DNA of 64,000 bases from a bacterium (lineage in GTDB: Bacteria; Patescibacteriota; Dojkabacteria; JAKAPS01; JAJZLI01): positions 135,096 to 199,095 of the forward strand of contig JAJYFR010000001.1 in the NCBI GenBank assembly GCA_021785355.1, in the 5' to 3' direction. Numbering within the stretch: position 1 is the first letter of the stretch; each line of letters opens with the position of its first letter. The notes under the pieces are model-generated. The model had not been told where the DNA came from. It saw only the letters and a list, made by a program, of their open reading frames with translations, and did no database searches. The position numbers were made by a program, and so were the translations under genes. Below, piece by piece: positions 19,973 through 28,876 of this stretch.

Positions 19973-20939
19973 AGATGTATTAAATATTAGGCCAAGTAGT
20001 TTTAATGATATTATTGGCAGAGAAAAGGAAAAGAAAGGCTTATCTATATTGATAGATTCTGCAAGATCTAGGAATGAACCTTTAGATCATATTCTTTTCT
20101 ATGGTCCTCCTGGATTAGGTAAGACAACTCTATCTAATGTAGTTGCAAGTGAGATGGGAGTAAATATACAAATAACTTCTGGTCCTGCATTAACAAGAGC
20201 TGCAGATATTGCATCTATAGTAACAAGTTTATCAAGAGGTGATATTTTATTTATAGATGAGATTCATAGATTGAATAGGGTTATAGAGGAAAAGTTATAT
20301 TCTGTTATGGAGGATTACGCATTAGATATAGTGGTAGGAACTGGGCCTTCTGCAAAGATATTAAGGTTAGATTTGGAACCTTTCACTATAATTGGTGCTA
20401 CTACTAGAATCGGTCTTATTTCTGCTCCTTTAAGAGAAAGATTTGGATCTATTTTTAGATTAGATTTCTATTCTCAGGCAGATATGGAAGAAATAATAAA
20501 ACGTAGTGCATTGGTATTAGATTTGAAGTTAACAAAAGAGGCTATATCAGATATTGCTGCCAGGAGCAGAGGTACAGCAAGAATAGCGAATCGAATGTTA
20601 AAAAGGGTTAGAGATTATGCGCATGTTTATAAAGTTGATTTAATTGATGATAAGGTTGTGAACAGTGCTTTTGAGGTACAAAGTATAGATAAAATGGGTT
20701 TAAGTGATTTAGATTTAAAAGTATTAGAGATAGTAGTAAAAAATTTTAAAGGAGGACCTGTTGGGGTTGAAACAATAGCAGATGCAGTATTTGAAGAAGT
20801 AGATACAATAGTAGATGTATGTGAACCATTTTTAATACAGTCTGGTTTTTTGAAAAAGACTCCAAGGGGTAGAGTAGCTACAAAATTCGCATTTGATTAC
20901 TTAGATATTCCATATAATGAAGAACTTTCTTTTATCTGA
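19965..20939 (+). CDS. ruvB: Holliday junction ATP-dependent DNA helicase RuvB
   Basis: Walker A GPPGLGKTTLSNVVA, Walker B LFIDEIHRL, sensor ...TTRIGLISAPLRERFG. Confidence 0.95.
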   Translation: MSKDVLNIRPSSFNDIIGREKEKKGLSILIDSARSRNEPLDHILFYGPPGLGKTTLSNVVASEMGVNIQITSGPALTRAADIASIVTSLSRGDILFIDEIHRLNRVIEEKLYSVMEDYALDIVVGTGPSAKILRLDLEPFTIIGATTRIGLISAPLRERFGSIFRLDFYSQADMEEIIKRSALVLDLKLTKEAISDIAARSRGTARIANRMLKRVRDYAHVYKVDLIDDKVVNSAFEVQSIDKMGLSDLDLKVLEIVVKNFKGGPVGVETIADAVFEEVDTIVDVCEPFLIQSGFLKKTPRGRVATKFAFDYLDIPYNEELSFI

Positions 20940-21729
20940 AAATAAAAATATACGAACTATAACTATTCTTTCTTCAATTTTGATAGTTACCTTGTCTTAT
21001 ATATCCATATTTTATTTTAAAAGATTTGAGGTTATCGAAGGGCTTATTCTAATAATAGTATCATATATTATTTCTTTGGTAATAGTTAATTTTAAATTCA
21101 AGCTACGAGAAATATTTAGTTTATTAATATTTACAAGTATTATTGTTTTTTTATTTTTTACGCTTAATTATAAATATCCGTTTATATTTTATAATGCATA
21201 TGCATCTTTTTTTATTTTTATCTTATATTTAATACTTATATATAGTTCTTTTCTTCACATAAGTATAATTAATGTACTAAAAGTAGAATTAGTACCTTTA
21301 GTGAGGTTTTCTTATACCATAAATTATATTATTTCCATAATTTTGCTGTATTTATCCTTCTTATTAGCTTTTAGTCAGTCTAATATTTTATTTAAGTTAT
21401 TTTATATAGTATTTCTATCATTTATCATAATATCTCAGAATTTAGTTTCTTTAGGATATGATATAGATGATGTTCAGTTTTATGGCATATTCGGAGCAAT
21501 TACGTTTTTAGTTTTAGGAGTACTATTTTTAATATATCCAGTAATAATATATATATCTGCTTTATCTTTATCTTTAGTAGCATATATATATATAGGCATA
21601 CTGCTACATTCAAGAATAAGCAACTTAGAGCTTCTTAATTACGTAGAATATCTATTTATAGGTATTATTATATTTATAGTATTATTAATATTGCCAATCT
21701 GGGGAATCTCAGGTGGTTTATTTATTTAA
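20917..21729 (+). CDS. polytopic integral membrane protein, unknown function
   Basis: 270 aa, eight or more hydrophobic helices, no diagnostic motif. Overlaps the ruvB end. Confidence 0.4.
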   Translation: MKNFLLSENKNIRTITILSSILIVTLSYISIFYFKRFEVIEGLILIIVSYIISLVIVNFKFKLREIFSLLIFTSIIVFLFFTLNYKYPFIFYNAYASFFIFILYLILIYSSFLHISIINVLKVELVPLVRFSYTINYIISIILLYLSFLLAFSQSNILFKLFYIVFLSFIIISQNLVSLGYDIDDVQFYGIFGAITFLVLGVLFLIYPVIIYISALSLSLVAYIYIGILLHSRISNLELLNYVEYLFIGIIIFIVLLILPIWGISGGLFI

Positions 21730-21792
21730 AAATCCCTTTACTAAAGCAATATGTGTATACTCGAAGTAGGGGAAAGACCCTATAGTATATTA

Positions 21793-21843
21793 TAGTCCTA
21801 TAGTTTTTTAGGAAAGAAGAAATGGGGTAGTCCTATAGTTTTT
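21793..21843. repeat. 16-bp perfect direct repeat TAGTCCTATAGTTTTT x2 (21793-21808 and 21828-21843), plus a third partial copy CCTATAGT at 21779-21786
   Basis: Read directly from the sequence. Lies within a 536-bp gene-free region. Confidence 0.8.
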
Positions 21844-22019
21844 ATGTGGATAAAGTAATCAGTTTAAATATTAAGTGATAATCAGTTTGTGCTTGTTGTA
21901 TAAGTATTATTAGATATATTTAAAATTAATATTATTTAATAAGAATGTATTGAAGTGTAAGTTTTATAAGAGAAGTGGTACTCTATCTCTATTTTTATCA
22001 TTAAGATACCTCAAAATAT

Positions 22020-22049
22020 AACTGAGTATAATCACCCTTATACTCAGTT
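22020..22049. other. perfect 11-bp inverted repeat / hairpin (AACTGAGTATA - 8 nt loop - TATACTCAGTT) in a gene-free region
   Basis: Read directly from the sequence. Followed by a relatively GC-rich, self-complementary stretch (GAGGGCTTCTACTCTGGGGTCTTCTCTATTTGGAGAC). Confidence 0.75.
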
Positions 22050-22265
22050 CTAGACATCTTGTTTCAAAAGAGGGCTTCTACTCTGGGGTCTTCTCTATTT
22101 GGAGACTTTATGTAGATGTTTAAGATATTATAAATGTTAAATATGATGATAATATGTTCTATAATATGTATTTTATATTATTTAGGTTATTCTCCTATTC
22201 TTGATTTATTGATCTAAATTGCTATAATTTATGTACTAAATCTATATTTTATATAAAGTGAAATT

Positions 22266-22475
22266 ATGAATAATACTATTAAACCAACAAAAAATGGACC
22301 TTTAAAGGTGTCTGGAAAAGTAGACATCCTAGATGAGTCAGGAAGCCTCCTTGAGAGTGTAGAGAGTAGTACTTATCTATGTAGATGTGGAAACTCTTCA
22401 AATAAGCCCTTCTGTGATGGCACTCATGCTGTTGTTAATTTTGATTCTTCTAAGGGGTTACAAGAAGATAAATAA
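22266..22475 (+). CDS. CDGSH-type iron-sulfur domain protein
   Basis: 69 aa with CRCGNSSNKPFCDGTH, matching the C-x-C-x(n)-[PF]-x-C-D-G-[ST]-H CDGSH 2Fe-2S signature. Confidence 0.8.
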   Translation: MNNTIKPTKNGPLKVSGKVDILDESGSLLESVESSTYLCRCGNSSNKPFCDGTHAVVNFDSSKGLQEDK

Positions 22476-23131
22476 TGAAATTAATCCTAAAAGAAAAAAT
22501 ATTTCTATCAGAAGATGTAGTAAATTTAATATTTGAACCAGAAATAGAATTTTCTTGGATTCCTGGGCAATTTTTGCAATATTATATAGAAGATATAAAT
22601 GATGAAAGGGGTAATGATAGATTTTTTACTATAGCAAGTTCTCCTTTAGAAAAAAGTATATATCTTACAACTAGAATATCTGAAGATTCAAGTGAATTTA
22701 AAAAAAGGTTGTTAAATATAGAATCCATTCAATCAGAAGGCCCATGGGGTAATTTTACCCTTAGTGATGATTATTCTAAATATAATATAAATTATATAGT
22801 AGGAGGTATAGGTATTACCCCTGTAAGATCAATGGTTAAGGATTTGATATTAAACAAAAAAGATACTTCAAATATTAATATTTTATATTTTAATAGAAAT
22901 AAAGATTTTATATTTAAAAAAGATATAGAGAATTTAAAAGTTTTTTATAAAGAAGGTTCTGCCAATGAGTTAGATTTTAAAAACAACCTTATCAGCTCCC
23001 CTACTTCATTATTCTATATTTCAGGACCAGAAGGTTTTGTTAAATATATAAATTCTATTTTAATAGATAAATTAAATATCAATAATAACCTTATAAAGAA
23101 GGATTTTTTCCCGGGTTATAAAGATTTATAA
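22475..23131 (+). CDS. ferredoxin-NADP reductase-like FAD/NAD(P)-binding oxidoreductase domain protein
   Basis: RFFTIASSP (RxYS-type FAD-binding motif), GGIGITPVRSM (NAD(P)-binding GGxGxxP), 218 aa. Start overlaps the CDGSH gene stop (ATAATG). Confidence 0.6.
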   Translation: MKLILKEKIFLSEDVVNLIFEPEIEFSWIPGQFLQYYIEDINDERGNDRFFTIASSPLEKSIYLTTRISEDSSEFKKRLLNIESIQSEGPWGNFTLSDDYSKYNINYIVGGIGITPVRSMVKDLILNKKDTSNINILYFNRNKDFIFKKDIENLKVFYKEGSANELDFKNNLISSPTSLFYISGPEGFVKYINSILIDKLNINNNLIKKDFFPGYKDL

Positions 23132-23171
23132 TGTTAATTATTGATTAGTACTTCCCTATTCTATAATATAT

Positions 23172-24149
23172 ATGTACATGAAAGATATATTATTAGAGCA
23201 TAAAAAAGAATTTCTACTAAATTTATTAAATAATAATTACAGTAAAGAAACTATTTATAATTATGAGAGAGATCTTTCTTTATTTGAATTATTTTTATCT
23301 GATAGATTTATAGATTTTAAAAATATAACCAAGCAAGATATTGTTTTTTTTAAAGACTTTTTAAGAACTGGTGAATATATAAAGATTTTAAAAAATGATA
23401 AAAGTGTTATACATAATTTTGCTAAAGATAATAAGGGTGAATTATCTTCTCGTTCTATAAATAGAGTTTTATCTTCATTAAGATCATATATAAAATATTT
23501 AATAGATTTTGAACTTTTTACTCCAATAAGTCCTGAAGTAATAAAATTAATAAAGACTGAAAAGAAAAATTCTCAGGTTGCAGAATTAAATGATCTTATT
23601 CGTTTAATAGAGTTTCCAACTTTTTATGAGAAAAATGAATTTGTGAAGAGTAGAAATAGAGCTATTCTAGAAACTTTATTCTCAACAGGTATGAGGATAT
23701 CTGAATTAGTATCTTTAAATAGAGATCAAATTAATGATGATGGCAAGATATATGTTTTAGGAAAAGGGAAAAAACAAAGATTTGTATATTTAACAGAAAG
23801 ATCAAAAAAATATATTTTTGAATATTTATCTTTAAGAGAGGATAATATGTCTGCTCTTTTTATACCTACTCGTGGAGGTAGATTAGGTAATGTTAATAAT
23901 AGAATCTCTACAAACTATATACAAGAAAGAATATCTTTTTATAGAAAAAAAATAGGAATTGTTGTTCCTACAAGTGCTCATAGTCTTAGACATGGATTTG
24001 CTACTTACCTTGCAGAAGATGGTGCAAGTCCTGTAGCTATACAAATACTTTTAGGGCATGAGTCTTTACAGACAACAAATAAATACGTACATGCTTCTGA
24101 TAAGTATGCAGAGGAGTCTCATAAAAAATTTCATCCATTAACTCAATGA
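23172..24149 (+). CDS. xerC: tyrosine site-specific recombinase, XerC/XerD family
   Basis: N-terminal SAM-like core-binding domain. Catalytic region with R (ARNRAILETLFSTGMRISE), HSLRHGFAT, LLGHESLQTTNKYVH (H-x-x-R...Y). Confidence 0.85.
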   Translation: MYMKDILLEHKKEFLLNLLNNNYSKETIYNYERDLSLFELFLSDRFIDFKNITKQDIVFFKDFLRTGEYIKILKNDKSVIHNFAKDNKGELSSRSINRVLSSLRSYIKYLIDFELFTPISPEVIKLIKTEKKNSQVAELNDLIRLIEFPTFYEKNEFVKSRNRAILETLFSTGMRISELVSLNRDQINDDGKIYVLGKGKKQRFVYLTERSKKYIFEYLSLREDNMSALFIPTRGGRLGNVNNRISTNYIQERISFYRKKIGIVVPTSAHSLRHGFATYLAEDGASPVAIQILLGHESLQTTNKYVHASDKYAEESHKKFHPLTQ

Positions 24150-24163
24150 AAAAACAGTAAAGA

Positions 24164-24433
24164 TTATTGAACAGCATTAGGAGTATTATTAAGGCTTGTT
24201 TGTAGTGGTCCTTGGCCATTATATATCGTATATTGAAAAATTGCAGGTACAGATGAAGCTGCTTGTTCTTGTAAAGTTACTTGTCTTGTACTTTGATTAT
24301 ATGTTCCTGTAGAAGTTATGCTATATTCCTCTACTTGAGCAAATTCTGATTTTGCTGTATTTACTATAAATATAAATACTATGGATAATATAAATACTAA
24401 AGCAAATGATTTTATATAGATTTTTCTTTTCAT
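24164..24433 (-). CDS. small secreted protein (signal peptide), unknown function
   Basis: 89 aa. N-terminal MKRKIYIKSFALVFILSIVFIFIVNTA signal-like segment. Convergent with the recombinase gene. Confidence 0.35.
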   Translation of the reverse strand: MKRKIYIKSFALVFILSIVFIFIVNTAKSEFAQVEEYSITSTGTYNQSTRQVTLQEQAASSVPAIFQYTIYNGQGPLQTSLNNTPNAVQ

Positions 24434-24498
24434 ATATTTATAATATAATATAATGTTATAATAATTAAGTAAAGAGTGATATATAAAATAGTTTAATT

Positions 24499-26415
24499 AT
24501 GCTTAAAAAGGTTCTTAGTAAAATATTTAATCCACCTCAGGAAATCTTCATTTTTAAGATATATATGTATTGGTTTTTATTATTGATAGGTGTTTTTATG
24601 TTTTTTCAAGGAAGAATCTCTTCAGAATATTCTACTCTATTAATGATATTATTTGCATCAGGTTTATTTATTTTAAGATTTCTTCGTGGAAATATATATC
24701 TTTATAAGAAACATATATATCTATTAATTACTTTTCTTGTAATATTATGTATCTCTACAATTTATAGTATTAATATATATAAAAGTATACTAGGTTTAGT
24801 GTTATTTTTATCTGTTTTTATAATATTTGTACTAACTTTTGATATTTTTTCAAACACTAAGATTATTAAATGGTTTTTAGCTTGGTTACTTTTCTTAGGT
24901 TCTATATTCTCTATTTTTGGAATATATCTATATTTTACAGGTGCATCTAGTAATTTTATTTCTACATTCAGTAATTCATTTGAATCTGTATCTTTTCTAT
25001 TATTAATTATTCCAATTTCTTTTTATTTTTATATATCTTCTAAAAATTTGTATTTAAAAACGATAAATTTATTTACTCTATCATTGTTATATATATCTTC
25101 TGTACTAGCTTTTAATTACTTTGGGTATGGGGTAATATTACTAGAAACTTTGCTTCTAATAATATTATTTAGAAGATATATATATAAAGATATCCTTAAG
25201 TTTATATTATTAATTTTTGTTGTAGGTATATTTTCCTTTATTTTTATACATTTTCATAAACCGCAAGTTCTTTTAAATTCTTCTAATTTATCAAATGTTA
25301 TCAATCTGACTCAAAATCAAAGAGTATCCTTATATAAAAAAGAGATATCTATAATGTTTAATAAACCTTTCTTTGGTTATGGTTTATCAACATTTTCAAA
25401 TGTATTTAAAAAGTTTCAGTATGCTCCTTGGTTATATCTTAAAAATTCTTTCAGTACATATATGAGTATATTTATAGATACTGGAATATTAGGTGGACTT
25501 GCTGTATTTATATTTATAATATCTTTTATATATAATGCTTGGTTTTCTATAAAAGAAAATCTTAAATATTTCAAATATACGAAAAACATTCCTAATAATT
25601 TAGTATATTTTCCTCTATATATAAGTATCTTTAGTATATTTGTATATGCTATTTTCTATGATATTTTATTTTTAGTACCGATAATGTCTTTGTTATTTAT
25701 ACTTATAGGTATATCTTTTAGAAATTTTAAAACTGAAGATATATTAAGTATAAGGCTATCTAATTCTATATTAATTTTATCTTTGATATTATTTATATTT
25801 GGTATATTTTTATTTTTATCAACAACTTTTTTTAATGATGGAACAAAAATTTTATCAAATGTTAATTTAAATAAAAGTGAAATAATAACATCTAAAGGTT
25901 ATTTTAAAAACTCTATATCTTTTTTGCCTATAAACTCCAATTCTTATTATGAAATGGGTCTTATAGATGAAAGTTTGAAAAATTATAAAGGAGCAGTAAA
26001 TAATTTAGATTTATCTTTAAAATATAATAATTTTAGCCCAAAGATATATTATGAATTAGGGAAAATATATTTTAATACACATAAATATAAGAAGTCTTTG
26101 TATTACTTTAAAAAAGCATATAATTTTAATAGATACTATAGTCCTAATTATATTTTAGGTTTAGGAGAATTTTATATGTATAGAAAAAATCCTATACTAG
26201 AGAAAAGTATTTATCTTCAAGCAATAAATAAATATTTTCCATTAAATAAATTTCATAAGAAGTATAATAATGTGTTTTTTAATAATAATATGAATAATAT
26301 AGTAGATCAAATGTATATTAATTTATTTAATTTAACCAAGAACAAAAAATATATAGAAGAGTCTAGTAGTCTATCCTCTATTTCAATATTTGCTCCTCAT
26401 ATTAAAAAGAAATAG
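24499..26415 (+). CDS. O-antigen ligase (Wzy_C)-like polytopic membrane protein with C-terminal TPR-like repeats
   Basis: About 12 TM helices. A loop with FFGYGLSTFSNVF resembling the O-antigen ligase / WaaL-type region. C-terminal about 170 aa with Y-rich repeats (YYELGKIYFNTHKYKKSLYYFKKAY) typical of TPR. Confidence 0.45.
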   Translation: MLKKVLSKIFNPPQEIFIFKIYMYWFLLLIGVFMFFQGRISSEYSTLLMILFASGLFILRFLRGNIYLYKKHIYLLITFLVILCISTIYSINIYKSILGLVLFLSVFIIFVLTFDIFSNTKIIKWFLAWLLFLGSIFSIFGIYLYFTGASSNFISTFSNSFESVSFLLLIIPISFYFYISSKNLYLKTINLFTLSLLYISSVLAFNYFGYGVILLETLLLIILFRRYIYKDILKFILLIFVVGIFSFIFIHFHKPQVLLNSSNLSNVINLTQNQRVSLYKKEISIMFNKPFFGYGLSTFSNVFKKFQYAPWLYLKNSFSTYMSIFIDTGILGGLAVFIFIISFIYNAWFSIKENLKYFKYTKNIPNNLVYFPLYISIFSIFVYAIFYDILFLVPIMSLLFILIGISFRNFKTEDILSIRLSNSILILSLILFIFGIFLFLSTTFFNDGTKILSNVNLNKSEIITSKGYFKNSISFLPINSNSYYEMGLIDESLKNYKGAVNNLDLSLKYNNFSPKIYYELGKIYFNTHKYKKSLYYFKKAYNFNRYYSPNYILGLGEFYMYRKNPILEKSIYLQAINKYFPLNKFHKKYNNVFFNNNMNNIVDQMYINLFNLTKNKKYIEESSSLSSISIFAPHIKKK

Positions 26416-26416
26416 T

Positions 26417-28873
26417 TTAACTACATTCTACAGTAGATACATAATCATCTTTTTTAAGATTAATAAGTTTTACTCCAGAAGTATGCCTGTTGTGTCTTGG
26501 AACAGATGAAATATCAATTTTTATTATTTGACCTTTATCTGAAATTATTAAAGCTTCTTTTTCTTCTTTTACAATTTTTACTGATGCTATTTTTCCTGTT
26601 TTTGCATTTATTTTTGCAGCAAAAACTCCTTTACCTCCCCTACTTTGTGTATTGTATTGACTTACTTTTGATTTCTTACCAAAACCATTTTTTGTTACAA
26701 TTAAAAGATCTGATTTATCAGTTATAGAACCTACTCCAACAACCTCATTTTCAGGTAACATCTTTATAGCTCTTACTCCTCTAGAAGATCTACCTGTATC
26801 CCTTACATCTTTCTCTGAGAATCTTATACTATGAGCATCTTTAGTGACAACAATTACATCTGTACCTTCTTCTATCCTCTCAACCCATTTGAGTACATCT
26901 CCTTTGTCTAATTTAATAGCAATTAATCCATTTTTTCTTATATTTTTAAATTGAGATATTTTTGTTTTTTTAACAACACCTCTTTGTGTAGTCATTAACA
27001 AATATCCTGCTTCATTATCATTTTGCTCAAGAAGTAATATGCTATTTATTTTTTCATCTTTTTCTAAATTAATGAAATTTACTAATGGTTGTCCTTTAGC
27101 TATTCTAGAAAATTCAGGAATTTCGTATACTCTAGATTGAAATACTCTTCCTTTATCAGAAAAGAAGAGTATATTATTTAGAGTTTTTGTTATAATAGCA
27201 TGAGATATAATGTCTTCTTCTTTTGTAGTCATACCTATAATACCTTTCCCGCCTCTATTTTGTAATTTATATGTATCTGGAGATATTCTCTTTATATAAC
27301 CACTTTTACTTATAGTTATTAAGGTCTCTTTATCTTCTATTATATCTTGAATTTCAAAATCACCTATTTTTGAATTTACTACTTTTGTTAATCTATCATC
27401 TCCATATTTATCCCTAATTAAAGTACTTTCTTCTTTTACTATATTAACAATATTAAATTTATCAGATAGTATTGTTTCTAATTTTAAAATTAACTCTCTT
27501 ATACTTTTTAATTCATCTTCTATTTTTTGTCTTTCTAATGCAGCTAATCTTCTTAATTGCATATCAAGTATTGCTTGTGATTGAATTTCTGATAAAGAAA
27601 ATCTTTTCATAAGTTCAGTTTTTGCAACATCTGAATCTTTAGATCCTCTAATCACTTTTATAACTTCATCTATATTATCAATTGCTATTTTAAGACCTTC
27701 TAATATATGTTCTCTTTCTTTTGCTTTTTTTAAATCAAATTCAGTTCTTTTTTGAATTATATTTATTCTATGTTCTATAAAAATCTCAAGTATATTTTTA
27801 ATATTAAGTGTTTTTGGTTCACCATCAACCAAAGCTAACATATTAGAGTTAAATACTGTTTGAAGATCTGTATATTTAAAAAGTTTATTTATTAATATAT
27901 TGGGTTTTGAATCTTTTTTTAAATCTATAACTATTCTTATTTCTTCTTTAGCACTTTCATCTCTTATATCAGCTATTCCTTCAATCTTATCATTTTTTAC
28001 CAAATCAGCAATTTTCATTATTAATTTAGATTTATTTATTTGAAAAGGAATTTCACTTATTATTATTTGCATTTTACCTTTACTATCTTCAACAATTTCT
28101 GCTTTTCCTCTAATAACGACTCTACCTCTTCCTGTTGTATACATGTTTGTTAATTCTGCTTTATCATATATAGTTCCTTTAGTAGGAAAATCAGGTCCTT
28201 TTATAAACTTCATTATCTCTTCTATATGAATTTCATCTGAAATTTTATTGTCGGAAGATACTTCTTTAATATTTTCTAATATATGAATAATTGCACTCAT
28301 AACTTCTCTTAGGTTATGAGGAGGAATTTTAGTAGCCATACCTACTGCAATTCCCTCTGTCCCATTAAGTATAAGTGTTGGTATAGCTGTAGGTAGAACA
28401 TCAGGTTCTTGTAATCTTCCGTCATATGTTTCATGAAAAGTAACAGTTTCTTTATCAATATCTCTTAATATTTCTTCGGAGATTTTTTCTAACTTAGCCT
28501 CTGTATATCTCATTGCAGCAGCACTATCTCCATCAATAGATCCAAAATTTCCTTGACCTTTAATTAATGTATATCTCAAAGAAAAATCTTGTGCCATATG
28601 AACTAATGCATCATAGATAGATAAATCTCCATGAGGATGATATTTTCCCATTACTTCTCCTACTATTCTTGCACTTTTTAGATATTTAGCTGAAAAATAT
28701 AATCTATTTTCATGCATAGTGTAGATTATTCTTCTATGTACAGGTTTTAGCCCGTCTTTTGCATCAGGAAGAGCTCTAGCAGTAATAACACTCATAGAGT
28801 AGTTAATATAGCTCTTCTTCATTTCATCTACTATATTTGTAATTCTTATGTTTTGATTATTTTCTATATCCAT
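26417..28873 (-). CDS. gyrA: DNA gyrase subunit A
   Basis: [24 protein letters not shown], active-site region YHPHGD, C-terminal beta-pinwheel repeats. Immediately downstream of gyrB on the same strand. Confidence 0.95.
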   Translation of the reverse strand: MDIENNQNIRITNIVDEMKKSYINYSMSVITARALPDAKDGLKPVHRRIIYTMHENRLYFSAKYLKSARIVGEVMGKYHPHGDLSIYDALVHMAQDFSLRYTLIKGQGNFGSIDGDSAAAMRYTEAKLEKISEEILRDIDKETVTFHETYDGRLQEPDVLPTAIPTLILNGTEGIAVGMATKIPPHNLREVMSAIIHILENIKEVSSDNKISDEIHIEEIMKFIKGPDFPTKGTIYDKAELTNMYTTGRGRVVIRGKAEIVEDSKGKMQIIISEIPFQINKSKLIMKIADLVKNDKIEGIADIRDESAKEEIRIVIDLKKDSKPNILINKLFKYTDLQTVFNSNMLALVDGEPKTLNIKNILEIFIEHRINIIQKRTEFDLKKAKEREHILEGLKIAIDNIDEVIKVIRGSKDSDVAKTELMKRFSLSEIQSQAILDMQLRRLAALERQKIEDELKSIRELILKLETILSDKFNIVNIVKEESTLIRDKYGDDRLTKVVNSKIGDFEIQDIIEDKETLITISKSGYIKRISPDTYKLQNRGGKGIIGMTTKEEDIISHAIITKTLNNILFFSDKGRVFQSRVYEIPEFSRIAKGQPLVNFINLEKDEKINSILLLEQNDNEAGYLLMTTQRGVVKKTKISQFKNIRKNGLIAIKLDKGDVLKWVERIEEGTDVIVVTKDAHSIRFSEKDVRDTGRSSRGVRAIKMLPENEVVGVGSITDKSDLLIVTKNGFGKKSKVSQYNTQSRGGKGVFAAKINAKTGKIASVKIVKEEKEALIISDKGQIIKIDISSVPRHNRHTSGVKLINLKKDDYVSTVECS

Positions 28874-28876
28874 TTT

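Noticed and set aside
22141-22185. dif-like XerCD site (ATAATATGTATTTTATATTA)
   Set aside because: Only loose resemblance to the 28-bp dif consensus (11-6-11 palindromic arms). Cannot be supported without a profile search.
21730-22265. RNase P RNA or SRP RNA in the large spacer
   Set aside because: GGGGAAAGACCC superficially resembles the P4 AGGAAAGUCC element, but the P4 partner and other universally conserved RNase P/SRP motifs (e.g. GGAAGGAAGCAGC) were not found by eye. Left as an unassigned candidate ncRNA region in the findings.
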